Shown here: positions 12,903-22,979 of the stretch, piece after piece
Numbering within the stretch: the stretch's first letter is position 1
How the letters are laid out: the number at the start of each line of letters is the position of its first letter
Assembly: GCA_963696385.1 (NCBI GenBank)
Contig: CAVOKF010000003.1
Location: 672,001 to 736,000 of the forward strand
DNA: 64,000 bases
Reading direction: 5' to 3'
From: an uncultured delta proteobacterium
GTDB lineage: Bacteria; Myxococcota_A; Polyangia; Polyangiales; Polyangiaceae
Notes under the pieces: model-generated
Told to the model about the DNA's origin: nothing
What the model saw: the letters and a program-made list of their open reading frames with translations, nothing else
Databases searched by the model: none
Made by a program: the position numbers and the translations under genes

Positions 12903-13976
12903 ATGGCCCGCGTCGTTGCCGCTACAGCGTCTGCGATTGCGCGCTCGTTCGGCTTGCTCGTGGTCCTGGCGATTGCCGGAGCCGGTGCCCTTTTCTTGGG
13001 GTGCAACGCAACGACCCGGGTCGATGCCGGTCATGTCGGCATCCGCGTGAAGCTCGCGGGAAGCGACCGGGGTGTGCAGGACATGCCCGTCGTGACGGGA
13101 TGGGTCTTTTTCAACCCTCTCACAGAGCAGATCGTTCTCTTCCCGACCAGCGTGCAAAACGTCGTCTGGTCGCAATCCGCGCACGAAGGCAAACCTTTCG
13201 ACGAATCCATCACGTTCAGCTCGAACGAGGGCGTCAACATCAGTGCCGACATCGGCCTGTCGTTTCACATCGAGCCGGGGCTGGCTCCACGGCTCTACAA
13301 CCGCTTCCGGCTCAACGATCTGGCCGTGCTTGCGGACGGCTACATGCGCAACACGGTTCGCGAAGCGTTCAACGACGTGGCGTCGCGACTGCCAGTCCAG
13401 GAGATTTACGGCGGCGGGAAGAGCAAAATGCTCCATGACGTGACGCAGAAATGCCGGGACGTCTTCAGCAAAGACGGAATCGTCATCGACCAGTTGACAA
13501 TCAACGGAGCGCTTCGCCTACCGCAAAACGTGATGGACGCGATCAACCGAGCGATGGAGGCGACGCAGAACGCGATTCAGAGCCGCAACCGCGTCGCTCA
13601 GGTCGAGGCGGAAGCTCAGCAAGCGATCACCCAAGCGCACGGGCAAGCCGAGGCCGCAAGACAGAAGGCCGAGGGTGAGGCCGACGGGTTGCTGATCCGT
13701 GCGCGGGCCGAGGCCAAAGCCAACGAAATCATCCGCCTTTCGATGACGCCGGCCGTTCTCCAGTACCGAGCGCTCGAGCACTGGGATGGCAGGCTGCCCG
13801 TCTACAGCGCGGGGCAACTGCCCTTGCTGACGTTCGATGCCGCAAAACTTGGCGCGCTAGGCAACGAAGGAGCTCGGCAAAAGGCGCTTCAGCAGCTGCT
13901 CGAAGAGACGGATGCAAACAAGGCCGCGAAGACGGCGCCCGAACCCCCGCCGCCCGCCACGACGCCACCGAACTGA
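12903..13976 (+). CDS. SPFH/Band-7 (prohibitin-like) protein
   Basis: RVDAGHVGIRVKLAG, FPTSVQN, RNTVREAFN, AEAQQAI/AEGEAD coiled coil, WDGRLP. Confidence 0.9.
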   Translation: MARVVAATASAIARSFGLLVVLAIAGAGALFLGCNATTRVDAGHVGIRVKLAGSDRGVQDMPVVTGWVFFNPLTEQIVLFPTSVQNVVWSQSAHEGKPFDESITFSSNEGVNISADIGLSFHIEPGLAPRLYNRFRLNDLAVLADGYMRNTVREAFNDVASRLPVQEIYGGGKSKMLHDVTQKCRDVFSKDGIVIDQLTINGALRLPQNVMDAINRAMEATQNAIQSRNRVAQVEAEAQQAITQAHGQAEAARQKAEGEADGLLIRARAEAKANEIIRLSMTPAVLQYRALEHWDGRLPVYSAGQLPLLTFDAAKLGALGNEGARQKALQQLLEETDANKAAKTAPEPPPPATTPPN

Positions 13977-13989
13977 ATGAAAGCGATGT

Positions 13990-14018
13990 TTGACGTTCCC
14001 GTCGAATCGCGGTAGATG
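13990..14018 (+). promoter_or_regulatory. Candidate sigma70 promoter for the HARE-HTH gene
   Basis: TTGACG-17 nt-TAGATG. Confidence 0.5.
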
Positions 14019-14038
14019 TCGTCGCGACGCGTAGCGTG

Positions 14039-14089
14039 CGGCTCGCACCAGGTTGGCAGGGTCGGCGCAGGCGCGGAGTCGTTTTTTTT
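14039..14089 (+). terminator. Stem-loop plus U8 (terminator or leader attenuator)
   Basis: CGGCTC(14039) can pair with GAGTCG(14076-81), directly followed by T8 (14082-89). Confidence 0.4.
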
Positions 14090-14174
14090 CAAGAGCGCCC
14101 GGAACGGTCATAGCGGCCAATCCAGCGGCGCCCCGAACAGGGGGCCCCGGCAAGGGGACGAACGAAAGCCGAAC

Positions 14175-15809
14175 ATGACGTTCATCGAAGCTGCTGCGGA
14201 GGTTCTCCGCCAAGCGGGTAAACCGCTTCATTACAAAGAGATCACCGAGCTTGCCATCGCAAGCAACCTTCTCTCTCACGTGGGCAAGACGCCCGAGGTC
14301 ACGATGAGTCATCGCCTGACGGCGGCGGTGAAGAAGGACGACAAGGACGTCCCCATCGTAAAGGTCAAGCCCGGGATCTTCGCGCTCCGCGAATGGGAAG
14401 AGCCGAAGGCCAAAAGAAGAGGCGCCCCCACGGCGCCGGACGGTGAAGCCGGCGCTTCAGAGGAGGTTGGCGAGGAAAACGGCGCACTCGAAGTCAATGC
14501 TCTCGAGATTGAGGCCGCTTTGCGCGGCGCGGAGCAGAACCGCGAGACCGCCGCCGAATCCGACCTCGAGGACGAGGGCTCGGACGGTGACCGCGCAACG
14601 CCCGTATCGGGTGAAGAGGCCCTGCGGGCAGACCTCGCCGCTCGAGGCGCCGAGCTGTTCGACGACGAAGACGACGACGACCAGCCGATCCTCGCCCCGT
14701 TGTCCCAACCCGAGACGACGACCGCGCAGGGCGAGGGAGGACGACGACGAAGACGACGGCGCCGGAGGGGTCGAGGCGGCAACAGCCAGGCCGATACCGG
14801 TTCTGGCTTCGCTCCGAACGCTTCCGCCGACAAGCCGTCTCCATCGCGAGTCGAAGTCACGCTCAGTCAGCCTCCAGTAGCGGCCCCTGCCGAGGGGGAC
14901 GACGGAATCGAGGCTCGCGAACAAGCTGTGGCGGCGCGACCGGTCGTTCGCGATCGGCAGCAGATTATGGCCGGCGGACAGCCGACCGGAATCGACGTCC
15001 CGTTGGGGGAGGGCGAAGAGCTTGCCGGGCGCGAGCTCGCCGACGCGGTCGCACTCGTTCTGGCCTCGTTCGATCGCAACAGCGGGCCGGCTCCCGTTCG
15101 CGCGGTCGCCGACGCCCTGCTGCGCCGGGGGCGGCTGCAGGGCGACCCGATCTTAGGAGTGGCTCAGGTGGGCGCGACGGTCCGGGCCGATAACCTTCGT
15201 CGTCATGCCAATGGACAGCGGATTCGCTTTCGGTTGGCCAGCAATGCACGAGTGGGCTTGACGGACTGGTCGCTCGGGGGCGAGCTGCCTCGGCTCGAAC
15301 AGGAAGTTGTCGCCGCCGTCGAGCGTTACCGAGAGGCGTCGCGGCGCGCGTTGCTCCGCCGCATCCAAGAGTTGCCCGGCCATGCTCTGATCGAGCTCGT
15401 TCTGGTCGCGCTCGAACGGGTCGGAATGATGAATCTGAGGACCGTTCGGCGCTCGGGATCGCCCGGCGGCGAGGCGCACTTTTCGGCCCTGCACAGGACG
15501 GGGGGCGATGTCATTGCCACCGCACTCGTGATTCGAAAAGACGGGCGCGAGATCGGGCGAGAACGCGTCACGGATCTCCGAGGTGCTCTTCATCATTACG
15601 GACCTGCGACGACCGGGTGGCTGATCACGACCGGACAGGTGCTGTCCGGGGCGCGCGAAGAGGCTGCTGCTGCGGGCGCGGCTCCGGTGACGCTCTACGA
15701 CGGCATCGGTTTGTGCAAGCTACTCGAGGAGATCGATGTCGGCGTGGTGAAGACCCGATTCGCCGTCGCGATCCCGGACCTCGAATTGCTCGAGACACTC
15801 CGCGGCTGA
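14175..15809 (+). CDS. HARE-HTH + acidic/Arg-rich disordered linker + degenerate Mrr-like restriction endonuclease domain
   Basis: MTFIEAAAEVLRQAGKPLHYKEITELAI...GKTPEVTM...PGIFAL (HARE-HTH). C-terminal IGRERVTDLRGAL...GWLITTG...AREEA...VTLYDGIGLCKLL (Mrr_cat-like). Confidence 0.8.
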   Translation: MTFIEAAAEVLRQAGKPLHYKEITELAIASNLLSHVGKTPEVTMSHRLTAAVKKDDKDVPIVKVKPGIFALREWEEPKAKRRGAPTAPDGEAGASEEVGEENGALEVNALEIEAALRGAEQNRETAAESDLEDEGSDGDRATPVSGEEALRADLAARGAELFDDEDDDDQPILAPLSQPETTTAQGEGGRRRRRRRRRGRGGNSQADTGSGFAPNASADKPSPSRVEVTLSQPPVAAPAEGDDGIEAREQAVAARPVVRDRQQIMAGGQPTGIDVPLGEGEELAGRELADAVALVLASFDRNSGPAPVRAVADALLRRGRLQGDPILGVAQVGATVRADNLRRHANGQRIRFRLASNARVGLTDWSLGGELPRLEQEVVAAVERYREASRRALLRRIQELPGHALIELVLVALERVGMMNLRTVRRSGSPGGEAHFSALHRTGGDVIATALVIRKDGREIGRERVTDLRGALHHYGPATTGWLITTGQVLSGAREEAAAAGAAPVTLYDGIGLCKLLEEIDVGVVKTRFAVAIPDLELLETLRG

Positions 15810-15812
15810 GAG

Positions 15813-16904
15813 ATGCCCTGGGTCGGCACGTGGGTCGGGCTGCTCGCGGCAACTTCAATCGCGGCAGCGCCGCCAACCGTGGCTCAAAAGGGCCGGCCGT
15901 TGGCGACGGCCGTGAGGAATGCGAGGAGTCCGAGATCCCATCCCTCGCACCTGCCCCCGGAGCCCAACGTCAAGCTCGCCCTGGATGCACCGACGACTCG
16001 CGATCGCTGGAGCATTCGCGTGACCAACGACGGCGTCGTTCCAGTCCGAATCGTGGCCGACGCCCGGTTACTCACGCTCGATGTTACGCCGAGGAGTGCA
16101 CGCCAATCGGTGCACTGCGAACTTCCAACGACGATGCGTCCGGAGGATCCACTCGAACGCGCCATCGTGCTCCCACCGAGCCGCACGTTCGTCGAAACGT
16201 TCGAGCCACGCCTGTACTGTTTTGGCCAGAGAGGCTTCGATGCGCTCGCGTCCGGCGCCATCGTGGTCGGACACTTGGGCTCGAGCGGCGGTCCCGGAAC
16301 CGCGTTCTCGGAAGTCACGCCCATCGACGGGATCGAGCCCGAGATCGCGTCGATCCGCATGCTGGACGCCCCGCCCATAGCTCTGCCCGACGAGCGATCC
16401 CTTCCGCGGTCGATCCCGAGACCGGCAGGCGACGATCCGCTGGGAACGCCCAAACTCCGGCTCGAATCAGCCGACGCGATCGACGCCGCGTCGCCCGAGG
16501 ATGTCGAAATCCCGATAACGCTCCACAACGAGAGCACGATCGCCGTAACGCTGCGTTTTCGTCCAGAAATGCTCGGGTTCGAAGTGGCTGCACCTACGGC
16601 GGACCATCGCTGCACGTGGCCCACCCTGCCCTCTGCGCCCCTTCGGGAGCTCTTCACGACGATTGCACCGCATTCCGCCGCGCATCTCACGGTCGTGCTC
16701 GGTGCGTATTGCGCCGACCATACCCTCGACCGCAGCGGGCTCCTGCTGGTTCGCGCGTGGCTGGACACCCGCGGAGCGGGCGGGGCGACTTTGGGACTGC
16801 GCACCTTCGAGGGACGGTTGATGGGCACCTCGCCGACCGTCGTTCGACTGCAGCGCGGCAACGCGCCTCAACCGCTCGTACGACCGCGCCTGCAGAGCTA
16901 CTGA
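15813..16904 (+). CDS. Hypothetical exported protein with two internally repeated beta-rich domains
   Basis: Hydrophobic N-terminus; two similar segments (V/L-x-N...C...YC...D). Confidence 0.65.
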   Translation: MPWVGTWVGLLAATSIAAAPPTVAQKGRPLATAVRNARSPRSHPSHLPPEPNVKLALDAPTTRDRWSIRVTNDGVVPVRIVADARLLTLDVTPRSARQSVHCELPTTMRPEDPLERAIVLPPSRTFVETFEPRLYCFGQRGFDALASGAIVVGHLGSSGGPGTAFSEVTPIDGIEPEIASIRMLDAPPIALPDERSLPRSIPRPAGDDPLGTPKLRLESADAIDAASPEDVEIPITLHNESTIAVTLRFRPEMLGFEVAAPTADHRCTWPTLPSAPLRELFTTIAPHSAAHLTVVLGAYCADHTLDRSGLLLVRAWLDTRGAGGATLGLRTFEGRLMGTSPTVVRLQRGNAPQPLVRPRLQSY

Positions 16905-17029
16905 GGCAGAAAAATGGCACGTCGCAAGGCACGCTTCCCATTTTTCGGACGTTGCCCGGGGGTCCTTGCGGGCCGCAGGGCAGCGCGTATGTTCGTGCAG
17001 CTGCCGTTGTGGATAAACCGAGCGCTCCG

Positions 17030-17557
17030 ATGCCCCGTTACGAGTACCCCATTTTGACGCACGATCTTGACGTCTCGGGCAAGCAATTTCGCTTCCCGGT
17101 CCGAGCGGCTTGGCTGCGCGGCGCATTGGAGGGAACGGACGTCCGCCCCGCCGACCGCGACGGCAATCTCGACGTGCGGCTCTCAAGGAGCGGGCGCGAC
17201 GTCGTGGTGCGCGGTGTTCTTCGAGCCGAGCTGATGGTGCTGTGTGCGCGGTGTCTTGAACCGACACGCATCACGGTCGAGGACGAGGTCACGGCTCTCG
17301 CCGTAGAGACGCCCGCACACGGCACCGCACATGCCGAGGAGCTCGAATTGGCCATCGCGGACGCCGATACAATCCCGTTCGATGGTGAGACCGTCGTGCT
17401 CGATGACCTCGTCCGCGACCAGCTGCTCCTTGGCCTTCCGATGATCCCCTTGTGTTCCGAGGCTTGCGCGGGTATCAGCCACGGGGCCGAAAGCGGCCTG
17501 CCTGACGAGGCCCTGGACCCAAGGCTGCGGCCCCTGATGAGACTGAAGAAGACGTAG
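17030..17557 (+). CDS. yceD: DUF177/YceD family protein
   Basis: CARCLEP, DLVRDQLLLGLPMIPLCSEACAG and DPRLRPL motifs; directly upstream of rpmF. Confidence 0.9.
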   Translation: MPRYEYPILTHDLDVSGKQFRFPVRAAWLRGALEGTDVRPADRDGNLDVRLSRSGRDVVVRGVLRAELMVLCARCLEPTRITVEDEVTALAVETPAHGTAHAEELELAIADADTIPFDGETVVLDDLVRDQLLLGLPMIPLCSEACAGISHGAESGLPDEALDPRLRPLMRLKKT

Positions 17558-17570
17558 AAGGAGAACTGTC

Positions 17571-17762
17571 GTGGCCGTCCCCAAGCGACGCAAGAGCCGT
17601 TCAAAACGAAACATGCGACGTGCGCAACATGACAAGGTCGAGGCGCCGAACCTGGTTGCCTGCCCGAATTGTGGAGAACCCGTCGCGTCGCACCGTGCCT
17701 GCGCTTCGTGCGGCCATTACAAGGGGCGTTCCGTCAAACCCGGAACGGCATCGACCGAATAG
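17571..17762 (+). CDS. rpmF: 50S ribosomal protein L32
   Basis: MAVPKRRKSRSKRNMRR...CPNCG...HRACASCGHYKG. Confidence 0.97.
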   Translation: MAVPKRRKSRSKRNMRRAQHDKVEAPNLVACPNCGEPVASHRACASCGHYKGRSVKPGTASTE

Positions 17763-17858
17763 ACGCTCGCAAACCGGCGCGGCCCGTGTCCGGGCGGCCT
17801 TCAAGCCCGAGATTCCCGAGGTCAAGCGAGCGCCGGAGAAGGCGCGGGCGGATGGATC

Positions 17859-18809
17859 ATGAGCATCGCATGGCTTTTCCCCGGCCAAGGCTCGCAGTTT
17901 GTGGGCATGTGCAAGGACGTCGTAAAGTCCTCGAAGGCGGCACGCGCGATTTTGGAGCGCGCCAACGATGCACTGGGCGAATCCCTCTCCGAGTTGATTC
18001 TGGAAGGCCCGGACGATCGACTGACTCTGACCGTCAACGCGCAGCCTGCTCTCGTGGCGACCAGCTGCGCGGTCCTCGAGGCCATTCGCGAACGCCTGCC
18101 GGGCTTGCCTCTACCCGCATTCGCCGCGGGGCACTCGCTCGGCGAGTACTCCGCGCTGGTTGCCGGCGAAGCCCTGTCCTTGGAGGATGCCGTTCGTCTC
18201 GTGCGCACGCGCGGCAGGGCCATGCAAGAGGCGGTGGCCCCGGGCACAGGAACGATGAGCGCAATCGTCGGAATGGATCCCGAGCGGCTTGAGGCAATTT
18301 GTGCCCAGGCGGCGGAGGGAAGCGTCGTCGCGCCAGCCAACTTCAACGCGCCGGGGCAAGTCGTCGTCGCGGGACATGCGGCCGCCGTCGCGCGCGTCGG
18401 CGAGCTCGTGATCGCTGAAAGGGGCCGCGCCATTCCACTCAAAGTGAGTGCCCCATTCCATTGCGCTCTCATGGCACCGGCGGCGCGCACACTGGAAGCG
18501 GAGCTCGCGTTCGTGAACGTGCTGCCCCCCCGTTTCCCCATCGTGGCGAATTTCGATGCGTGTGCCAATATCGATCCGTCCCGCGCGAGAGAACTTCTCG
18601 TCCGCCAAGTGGACGGGCCCGTGCGCTGGGACGCAAGCGTCCGCTTCATGGTCGCCCACGGCGTCACTCACGCGCTCGAAGTCGGGCCCGGGAAAGTTCT
18701 CGCCGGTCTCGTCAAGAGGATTGCCAAGGAGGTCAAAGTGCTGAGCGTCGGAGACCTCGCTTCGCTCGGAGAACTGCACTCCTTTATGGCCGAGGCAACG
18801 AGCCGCTGA
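17859..18809 (+). CDS. fabD: Malonyl-CoA:ACP transacylase
   Basis: FPGQGSQ, GHSLGEYSA, VSAPFH, EVGPGKVLAGL. Confidence 0.96.
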   Translation: MSIAWLFPGQGSQFVGMCKDVVKSSKAARAILERANDALGESLSELILEGPDDRLTLTVNAQPALVATSCAVLEAIRERLPGLPLPAFAAGHSLGEYSALVAGEALSLEDAVRLVRTRGRAMQEAVAPGTGTMSAIVGMDPERLEAICAQAAEGSVVAPANFNAPGQVVVAGHAAAVARVGELVIAERGRAIPLKVSAPFHCALMAPAARTLEAELAFVNVLPPRFPIVANFDACANIDPSRARELLVRQVDGPVRWDASVRFMVAHGVTHALEVGPGKVLAGLVKRIAKEVKVLSVGDLASLGELHSFMAEATSR

Positions 18810-18891
18810 CGCAAAGCGCCATCCGCCCTCGCGCTTGAGTGTTGAATGGCCGGCGCGCGGCGTCTATAAGCGGCTCGCACGCGGGAGATGC

Positions 18892-19638
18892 ATGTTTCGA
18901 CTCGATGGCCGAATCGCCCTTGTCACCGGGGGCTCACGCGGAATTGGACGCGCATGCTGCGAGGCGCTCGCAGAAGCCGGTGCGACGGTCGTCGTCAACT
19001 ACCTCAAAGGCGAGGCAGCGGCGCGCGAAGTCGCCGACGTCATTGTCGCGAAGGGTGGAAAAGCCGACGTGGTCGGTTTCGACGTCGCCGACACGAAGGC
19101 CGTCGATGCCGCGGTCGAGGACATCATCAAACGGCATGGCAAAATCGACATCCTGATCGCCAACGCTGGGATCTCAATCGACGGCCTGCTCGTGCGACTC
19201 AAGGACGCGGATCTCGAGAAGCTTTGGGCGACCAATGTCCGCGGCGCGATCGCCTCGGCGCGCGCGGCGAGCAGGAGCATGATGCGAGGACGCTGGGGCC
19301 GCATCATCTTCGTGTCCAGCGTCATCGGCGAAATGGGCAACCCCGGCCAGACCGCTTACGCAGCGACCAAGGCAGCGGTGATCGGCGCGGCGAAGTCGAT
19401 CGCGCGCGAGTACGCTTCGCGCCATGTGACCACGAATGTCGTCGCACCGGGCTACATCGATACGGATATGACAGCCACGATGAGCCCCGACCACAAGGAG
19501 CAGCTGATGAAGACGATCCCCCTCGGTAGAGCGGGAAGCGCGCGCGAAGTTGCTGCAGCGTGCGTGTACCTCGCAAGCGACGAAGCGGGATACCTAACCG
19601 GCCAAGTGTTGCGGGTGAACGGCGGGCTGTACCTCTGA
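18892..19638 (+). CDS. fabG: 3-oxoacyl-ACP reductase
   Basis: [27 protein letters not shown]; position in the fab cluster. Confidence 0.95.
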   Translation: MFRLDGRIALVTGGSRGIGRACCEALAEAGATVVVNYLKGEAAAREVADVIVAKGGKADVVGFDVADTKAVDAAVEDIIKRHGKIDILIANAGISIDGLLVRLKDADLEKLWATNVRGAIASARAASRSMMRGRWGRIIFVSSVIGEMGNPGQTAYAATKAAVIGAAKSIAREYASRHVTTNVVAPGYIDTDMTATMSPDHKEQLMKTIPLGRAGSAREVAAACVYLASDEAGYLTGQVLRVNGGLYL

Positions 19639-19717
19639 CTTTCGACGGCGCGCAGCGGTTCCCGCGCCTCTGCCGCTCGACTCTCAATCGTTTTTCCTAT
19701 ACGAGGCGAACACACCC

Positions 19718-19960
19718 ATGGCTACTGACATTCCCAGCGAGGTCAAGCGCATCATCAAAGAGCAGCTCGATGTCGACGAGAAGGACATCAAGCTCGAGTC
19801 GAGCTTCATCGACGACCTGGGCGCTGACTCGCTCGGCCTCGTCGAACTCGTGCTCGCGTTCGAGGAGGCCTTCGAAATCGACATTCCCGACGAGGACACC
19901 GAGAAGATTCGGACCGTGCAGGATGCGATCGACTACATCGAGAAGCACGCTAAAAAGTAA
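19718..19960 (+). CDS. acpP: Acyl carrier protein
   Basis: [21 protein letters not shown] (DSL phosphopantetheine site). Confidence 0.97.
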   Translation: MATDIPSEVKRIIKEQLDVDEKDIKLESSFIDDLGADSLGLVELVLAFEEAFEIDIPDEDTEKIRTVQDAIDYIEKHAKK

Positions 19961-19970
19961 CGAGAAGGTA

Positions 19971-19995
19971 TCGGCCCGGGGACAACTCGGGCCGA
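19971..19995 (+). other. Strong intergenic hairpin between acpP and fabF
   Basis: TCGGCCCGGG-GACAA-CTCGGGCCGA with no U-tract; could stabilise the acpP part of the mRNA. Confidence 0.5.
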
Positions 19996-20008
19996 CTGAG
20001 CTCTCGCC

Positions 20009-21253
20009 ATGGAACGCGTCGTCATCACCGGCATCGGCCTCGTTACCCCTCTCGGAATCGGAACGAGAGAGAGCTGGAGGGCCCTGCTTGCGGGTGAGAG
20101 CGGCGTCAGCGCGATCACTCTCTTCGACTGTTCGAAATTTCGGGTTCGGATCGCTGGAGAGGTGAAGGGCTGGGAACCCACGCGCTGGATCGAGCGGAAG
20201 AAGCTGAAGGAGATGGATCGCTTCATGGAATTCGCGCTCGGCGCCGCCTCCTTGGCGATTCTCGACGCCAAGCTCGAGCTTTCCGATTCAGCGCGCGAGC
20301 GCGCCGGATGCTTCATTGGCAACGGGGTGGGGGGCCGATTTTCGCTGGAAAAGACGAAGGAAACGCTGTTGACGAAGGGACCTACGCGGGTCAGCCCTTA
20401 CGCGATCCCCACGATCATCGGCAACCTTGCCGCTGGACAAGTCTCGATCGCGCACGGTTTGAAAGGGCCGAGTTACTGCACCACCAGCGCGTGCTCGAGC
20501 GGCGCGCACGCTATCGGTGAAGCGGGCGAGTGGATCCGTCGGGGCAAAGTGGACGTCATGATCGCCGGTGGCACCGAAGCGACGATTTCGCCCGTAGGCA
20601 TCGCCGGCTTCGAAGCGATGCTCGCGCTCAGCAAGCGCAATGACGATCCGGCGCGGGCGAGCCGCCCGTTCGATCGCGGGCGCGACGGGTTCGTCTGCGG
20701 CGAAGGGGCAGGAGTCATGGTCCTCGAGTCGCTATCGCACGCGAGAGCGCGCGGCGCTCGCGTATACGCCGAGGTCGCGGGCTACGGCGCGTCCAGCGAC
20801 GCCCACCATCTGACTCAGCCGGCGCCGATGCATGAAGGGGCTCAAAGAGCGATGCGCATGGCACTCGAGGACGCGCGCATTTCGCCGGATGCCATGGACT
20901 ACGTGAATGCGCACGGCACGTCGACGCAGATCGGAGACCTCGAAGAGTCACGCGCGATCGCCAAGGTTTTTGGCGCCAGTGCGATCGACAAGAAGTTGTG
21001 GGTCAGCTCGACGAAGTCGATGATGGGTCATTTGCTCGGAGCAGCGGGTGCCGTCGAGACCGCGATCTGTGCCCTGGCTGTGGCCGAGGGGTTGGTCCCT
21101 CCGACCATCAACCTCACCGATCCCGACCCCGAGTGCACTCTCGACTACGTGGCCAATACGGCGCGCGAACGACGGGTACGACACGCCATGAACAATTCGT
21201 TCGGCTTTGGCGGTACGAACTGCGCACTGGTGCTGTCGCGTGTTGACGCATGA
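20009..21253 (+). CDS. fabF: Beta-ketoacyl-ACP synthase II
   Basis: TSACSSG catalytic Cys, [26 protein letters not shown]. Confidence 0.96.
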   Translation: MERVVITGIGLVTPLGIGTRESWRALLAGESGVSAITLFDCSKFRVRIAGEVKGWEPTRWIERKKLKEMDRFMEFALGAASLAILDAKLELSDSARERAGCFIGNGVGGRFSLEKTKETLLTKGPTRVSPYAIPTIIGNLAAGQVSIAHGLKGPSYCTTSACSSGAHAIGEAGEWIRRGKVDVMIAGGTEATISPVGIAGFEAMLALSKRNDDPARASRPFDRGRDGFVCGEGAGVMVLESLSHARARGARVYAEVAGYGASSDAHHLTQPAPMHEGAQRAMRMALEDARISPDAMDYVNAHGTSTQIGDLEESRAIAKVFGASAIDKKLWVSSTKSMMGHLLGAAGAVETAICALAVAEGLVPPTINLTDPDPECTLDYVANTARERRVRHAMNNSFGFGGTNCALVLSRVDA

Positions 21254-21309
21254 CCGCGACAACCCCGGCTCGATGACGGGCTCAAATCACCCGTGCTAAG
21301 GCCAGGCCC

Positions 21310-21810
21310 GTGAAATGCCCGTTTTGTTCGCAGCTCGACAGCAAGGTGACCGACTCTCGAACCTCTGCGACGGGTGACGTCATACGGCGTCGCCGCGAAT
21401 GCGAAGGGTGTGGACGCCGCTTCACGAGCCGAGAGCGCGTGGAGGACGTGCTCCCGGTCGTCGTCAAAAAGGACGGTGTTCGCGAGCCGTTCGATCGAGA
21501 AAAAGTGCTTCGGGGTGTGCGCCTCGCGTGCAACAAGCGCGCGGTGGCGATGAATCGCATCGAGCAGTTCATCGACGAGCTCGAGCGCCAATTGATCGAG
21601 AGCGAGGCCAAGGAGGTCGACAGCAAACAGATTGGTGAACGCGTGATGAAGCTCTTACGCGAGGTCGATGAAGTCGCCTATGTTCGCTTCGCAAGCGTGT
21701 ATCGAAGCTTCCGTGATATCGAGGAATTCCGATCCGAGCTCGACAAGATGGCTCGGGCGAGGCGATCCGAAACGGCCGTCGAAGGCCCCCCCGGAGAAGC
21801 GCAACGATGA
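21310..21810 (+). CDS. nrdR: Transcriptional repressor NrdR
   Basis: CPFC...DSR...RRRRECEGCGRRFT, ATP cone, VAYVRFASVYRSF. Confidence 0.97.
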   Translation: MKCPFCSQLDSKVTDSRTSATGDVIRRRRECEGCGRRFTSRERVEDVLPVVVKKDGVREPFDREKVLRGVRLACNKRAVAMNRIEQFIDELERQLIESEAKEVDSKQIGERVMKLLREVDEVAYVRFASVYRSFRDIEEFRSELDKMARARRSETAVEGPPGEAQR

Positions 21811-22940
21811 CGGAGGTTGACCCGTCTGACGTCGTCTTCTCGGAGGAAGACGAACGCTTCATGGCCCTGGCATTGGAAGACGGCGCGCGTGGCAATCCCT
21901 CTCCCAATCCGCACGTCGGCGCTATCCTCGTCAAAGACGGACAGGTCGTCGGCAGAGGCCATCACGAGCGCGCGGGTGAGCACCACGCCGAAATCGTCGC
22001 GCTGCGTCAGTCCGGGAAGCGCGCAGCCGGCGCAACTTTGTACGTCACCCTCGAGCCCTGCAATCACGTGGGTCGGACGCCGCCGTGCACGGACGCGCTC
22101 GTCGCAGCCAACGTTGCGCGTGTGGTCGTAGGATGCTTCGATCCAAACCCGCACGTGACCGGTGGAGGAGTGGCCCGGCTACGCAGCGCCGGCGTACGCG
22201 TCGACGTCGGCTGCCGGGAAGCCGAGGCTCGGCGGATGATTGCTCCATGGGCGAAATTCGTGACGACCGGAATTCCTTACGTGGCGCTCAAGCTCGCGCT
22301 GTCGCTCGACGGGCGAATCGCGTCACGCACAGGAGCTTCCAAATGGGTCACCGGACCCGAGGCCCGCGCTCGCGTTCACTCGTTGCGCGCGCAGCAAGAC
22401 GCCGTCATCGTCGGCATCGGCACGGTGCTGGCGGACGACCCTCGCCTCACGGTCCGCGACGCACCCGGCCACAGTCCGCTTCGCGTCGTGTTCGACACGC
22501 GCCTGCGCGTGCCGCTCGCGTCGCGCCTGGTGCAGACGGCGCGCGAGGTGCCCACGTGGGTTCTCTGCACGACGGATGCGCCATCCTCCAACGAGGACCA
22601 GTTGGTCGAGCGCGGGGTCGAGGTGCTCCGAGCGCCCCCTTCGGCGGAAGGTCGCATCGAACCGACCGCGGGGCTGCGCCTGCTCGGATCCCGGGGCATC
22701 GTGAGCGCCATGATCGAGGGCGGAGCGGAGCTGGCCGGAAGTCTCCTGGCAGGAGGAGTCATCGATGAGCTGCATGCGTTTATCGCTCCGATCCTGCTCG
22801 GACCCCGCGGACGACCTGGAGCGGTCGATTGGGCCGGGCCCGCCACGCCCGCCGAAGCACCATGTATCGCCGACCCCCAGTGGGAAGTGTGCGGAGTCGA
22901 CGCGCACGTTTGGGGAGCCGTTCGGCATCCACCGCGATGA
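21807..22940 (+). CDS. ribD: Bifunctional pyrimidine deaminase/reductase (riboflavin biosynthesis)
   Basis: PNPHVGA, HAE, TLEPCNHVGRTPPC, SLDGRIA, EGG. Confidence 0.96.
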   Translation: MTEVDPSDVVFSEEDERFMALALEDGARGNPSPNPHVGAILVKDGQVVGRGHHERAGEHHAEIVALRQSGKRAAGATLYVTLEPCNHVGRTPPCTDALVAANVARVVVGCFDPNPHVTGGGVARLRSAGVRVDVGCREAEARRMIAPWAKFVTTGIPYVALKLALSLDGRIASRTGASKWVTGPEARARVHSLRAQQDAVIVGIGTVLADDPRLTVRDAPGHSPLRVVFDTRLRVPLASRLVQTAREVPTWVLCTTDAPSSNEDQLVERGVEVLRAPPSAEGRIEPTAGLRLLGSRGIVSAMIEGGAELAGSLLAGGVIDELHAFIAPILLGPRGRPGAVDWAGPATPAEAPCIADPQWEVCGVDAHVWGAVRHPPR

Positions 22941-22979
22941 TCTCGCCAGCGGCTTGGAGGCGCATTAGATTACAAGAAG

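Noticed and set aside
16915..16930. TGGCACG upstream of yceD as a sigma54 promoter
   Set aside because: The -12 GC is off by one base, and sigma54 spacing is strict.
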